This document shows, in pieces, positions 37,312-37,413 of a stretch of 37,413 nucleotides of DNA. How positions within the stretch are numbered: the first letter of the stretch is position 1; the number at the start of each line of letters is the position of its first letter. The translations under genes and the position numbers were made by a program. The DNA comes from Chthoniobacterales bacterium. GTDB taxonomy: Bacteria > Verrucomicrobiota > Verrucomicrobiia > Chthoniobacterales > UBA6821. The DNA lies in contig JBIRBD010000003.1 of NCBI GenBank assembly GCA_044326465.1, forward strand, positions 1 to 37,413, in the 5' to 3' direction. The notes below the pieces were generated by a model, which had not been told where the DNA came from, did no database searches, and saw nothing but the letters and a program-made list of their open reading frames with translations.

Positions 37312-37413
37312 CTCTGGAAACGCCAAACAACATTCTAGAAAAGAAATCGTGCTGGCTTTGACATTGTACTTCTATAATCCTTGTATGTTGAAAAAGTGAG
37401 ATCTTTGCATGAC

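Noticed and set aside
37359-37379. TTGACA and TATAAT right of the IS
   Set aside because: They are only 9 bp apart, not sigma70 spacing.

Overview
Mostly core-genome segment of a fairly AT-rich PVC-superphylum bacterium, most likely Verrucomicrobiota. The assignment rests on an unannotated 51-aa PVC 'small basic protein', a short HemA and a Verrucomicrobia-style outer-membrane barrel; any narrower taxon is inference. Housekeeping genes: tRNA-His, fumC, ccsA-like/hemA/hemC/cobA-hemD, hpf, scpAB, glnB, galE, tatD, dnaA-dnaN, purM, purF, recF, pyrE, pyrF, tmRNA, fabF, ilvC, a cysteine desulfurase and a pseudouridine synthase. Accessory genes: an Rpn-family C-terminus, a CYTH-NUDIX fusion, a zeta-toxin-like pair, a secreted GH18, a GIY-YIG remnant and an intact IS4-family element. 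The most unusual signal is non-coding. Many intergenic spacers carry arms of 7-9-nt tandem repeats from several families, often as inverted pairs. Some are bounded by REP-like palindromes, one ~205-bp composite occurs twice, one palindrome is split by a 118-bp IS4-type MITE with a 10-bp target duplication, and some arms are translated as protein termini or supply stop codons. All calls come from reading the sequence by eye; no searches were run.
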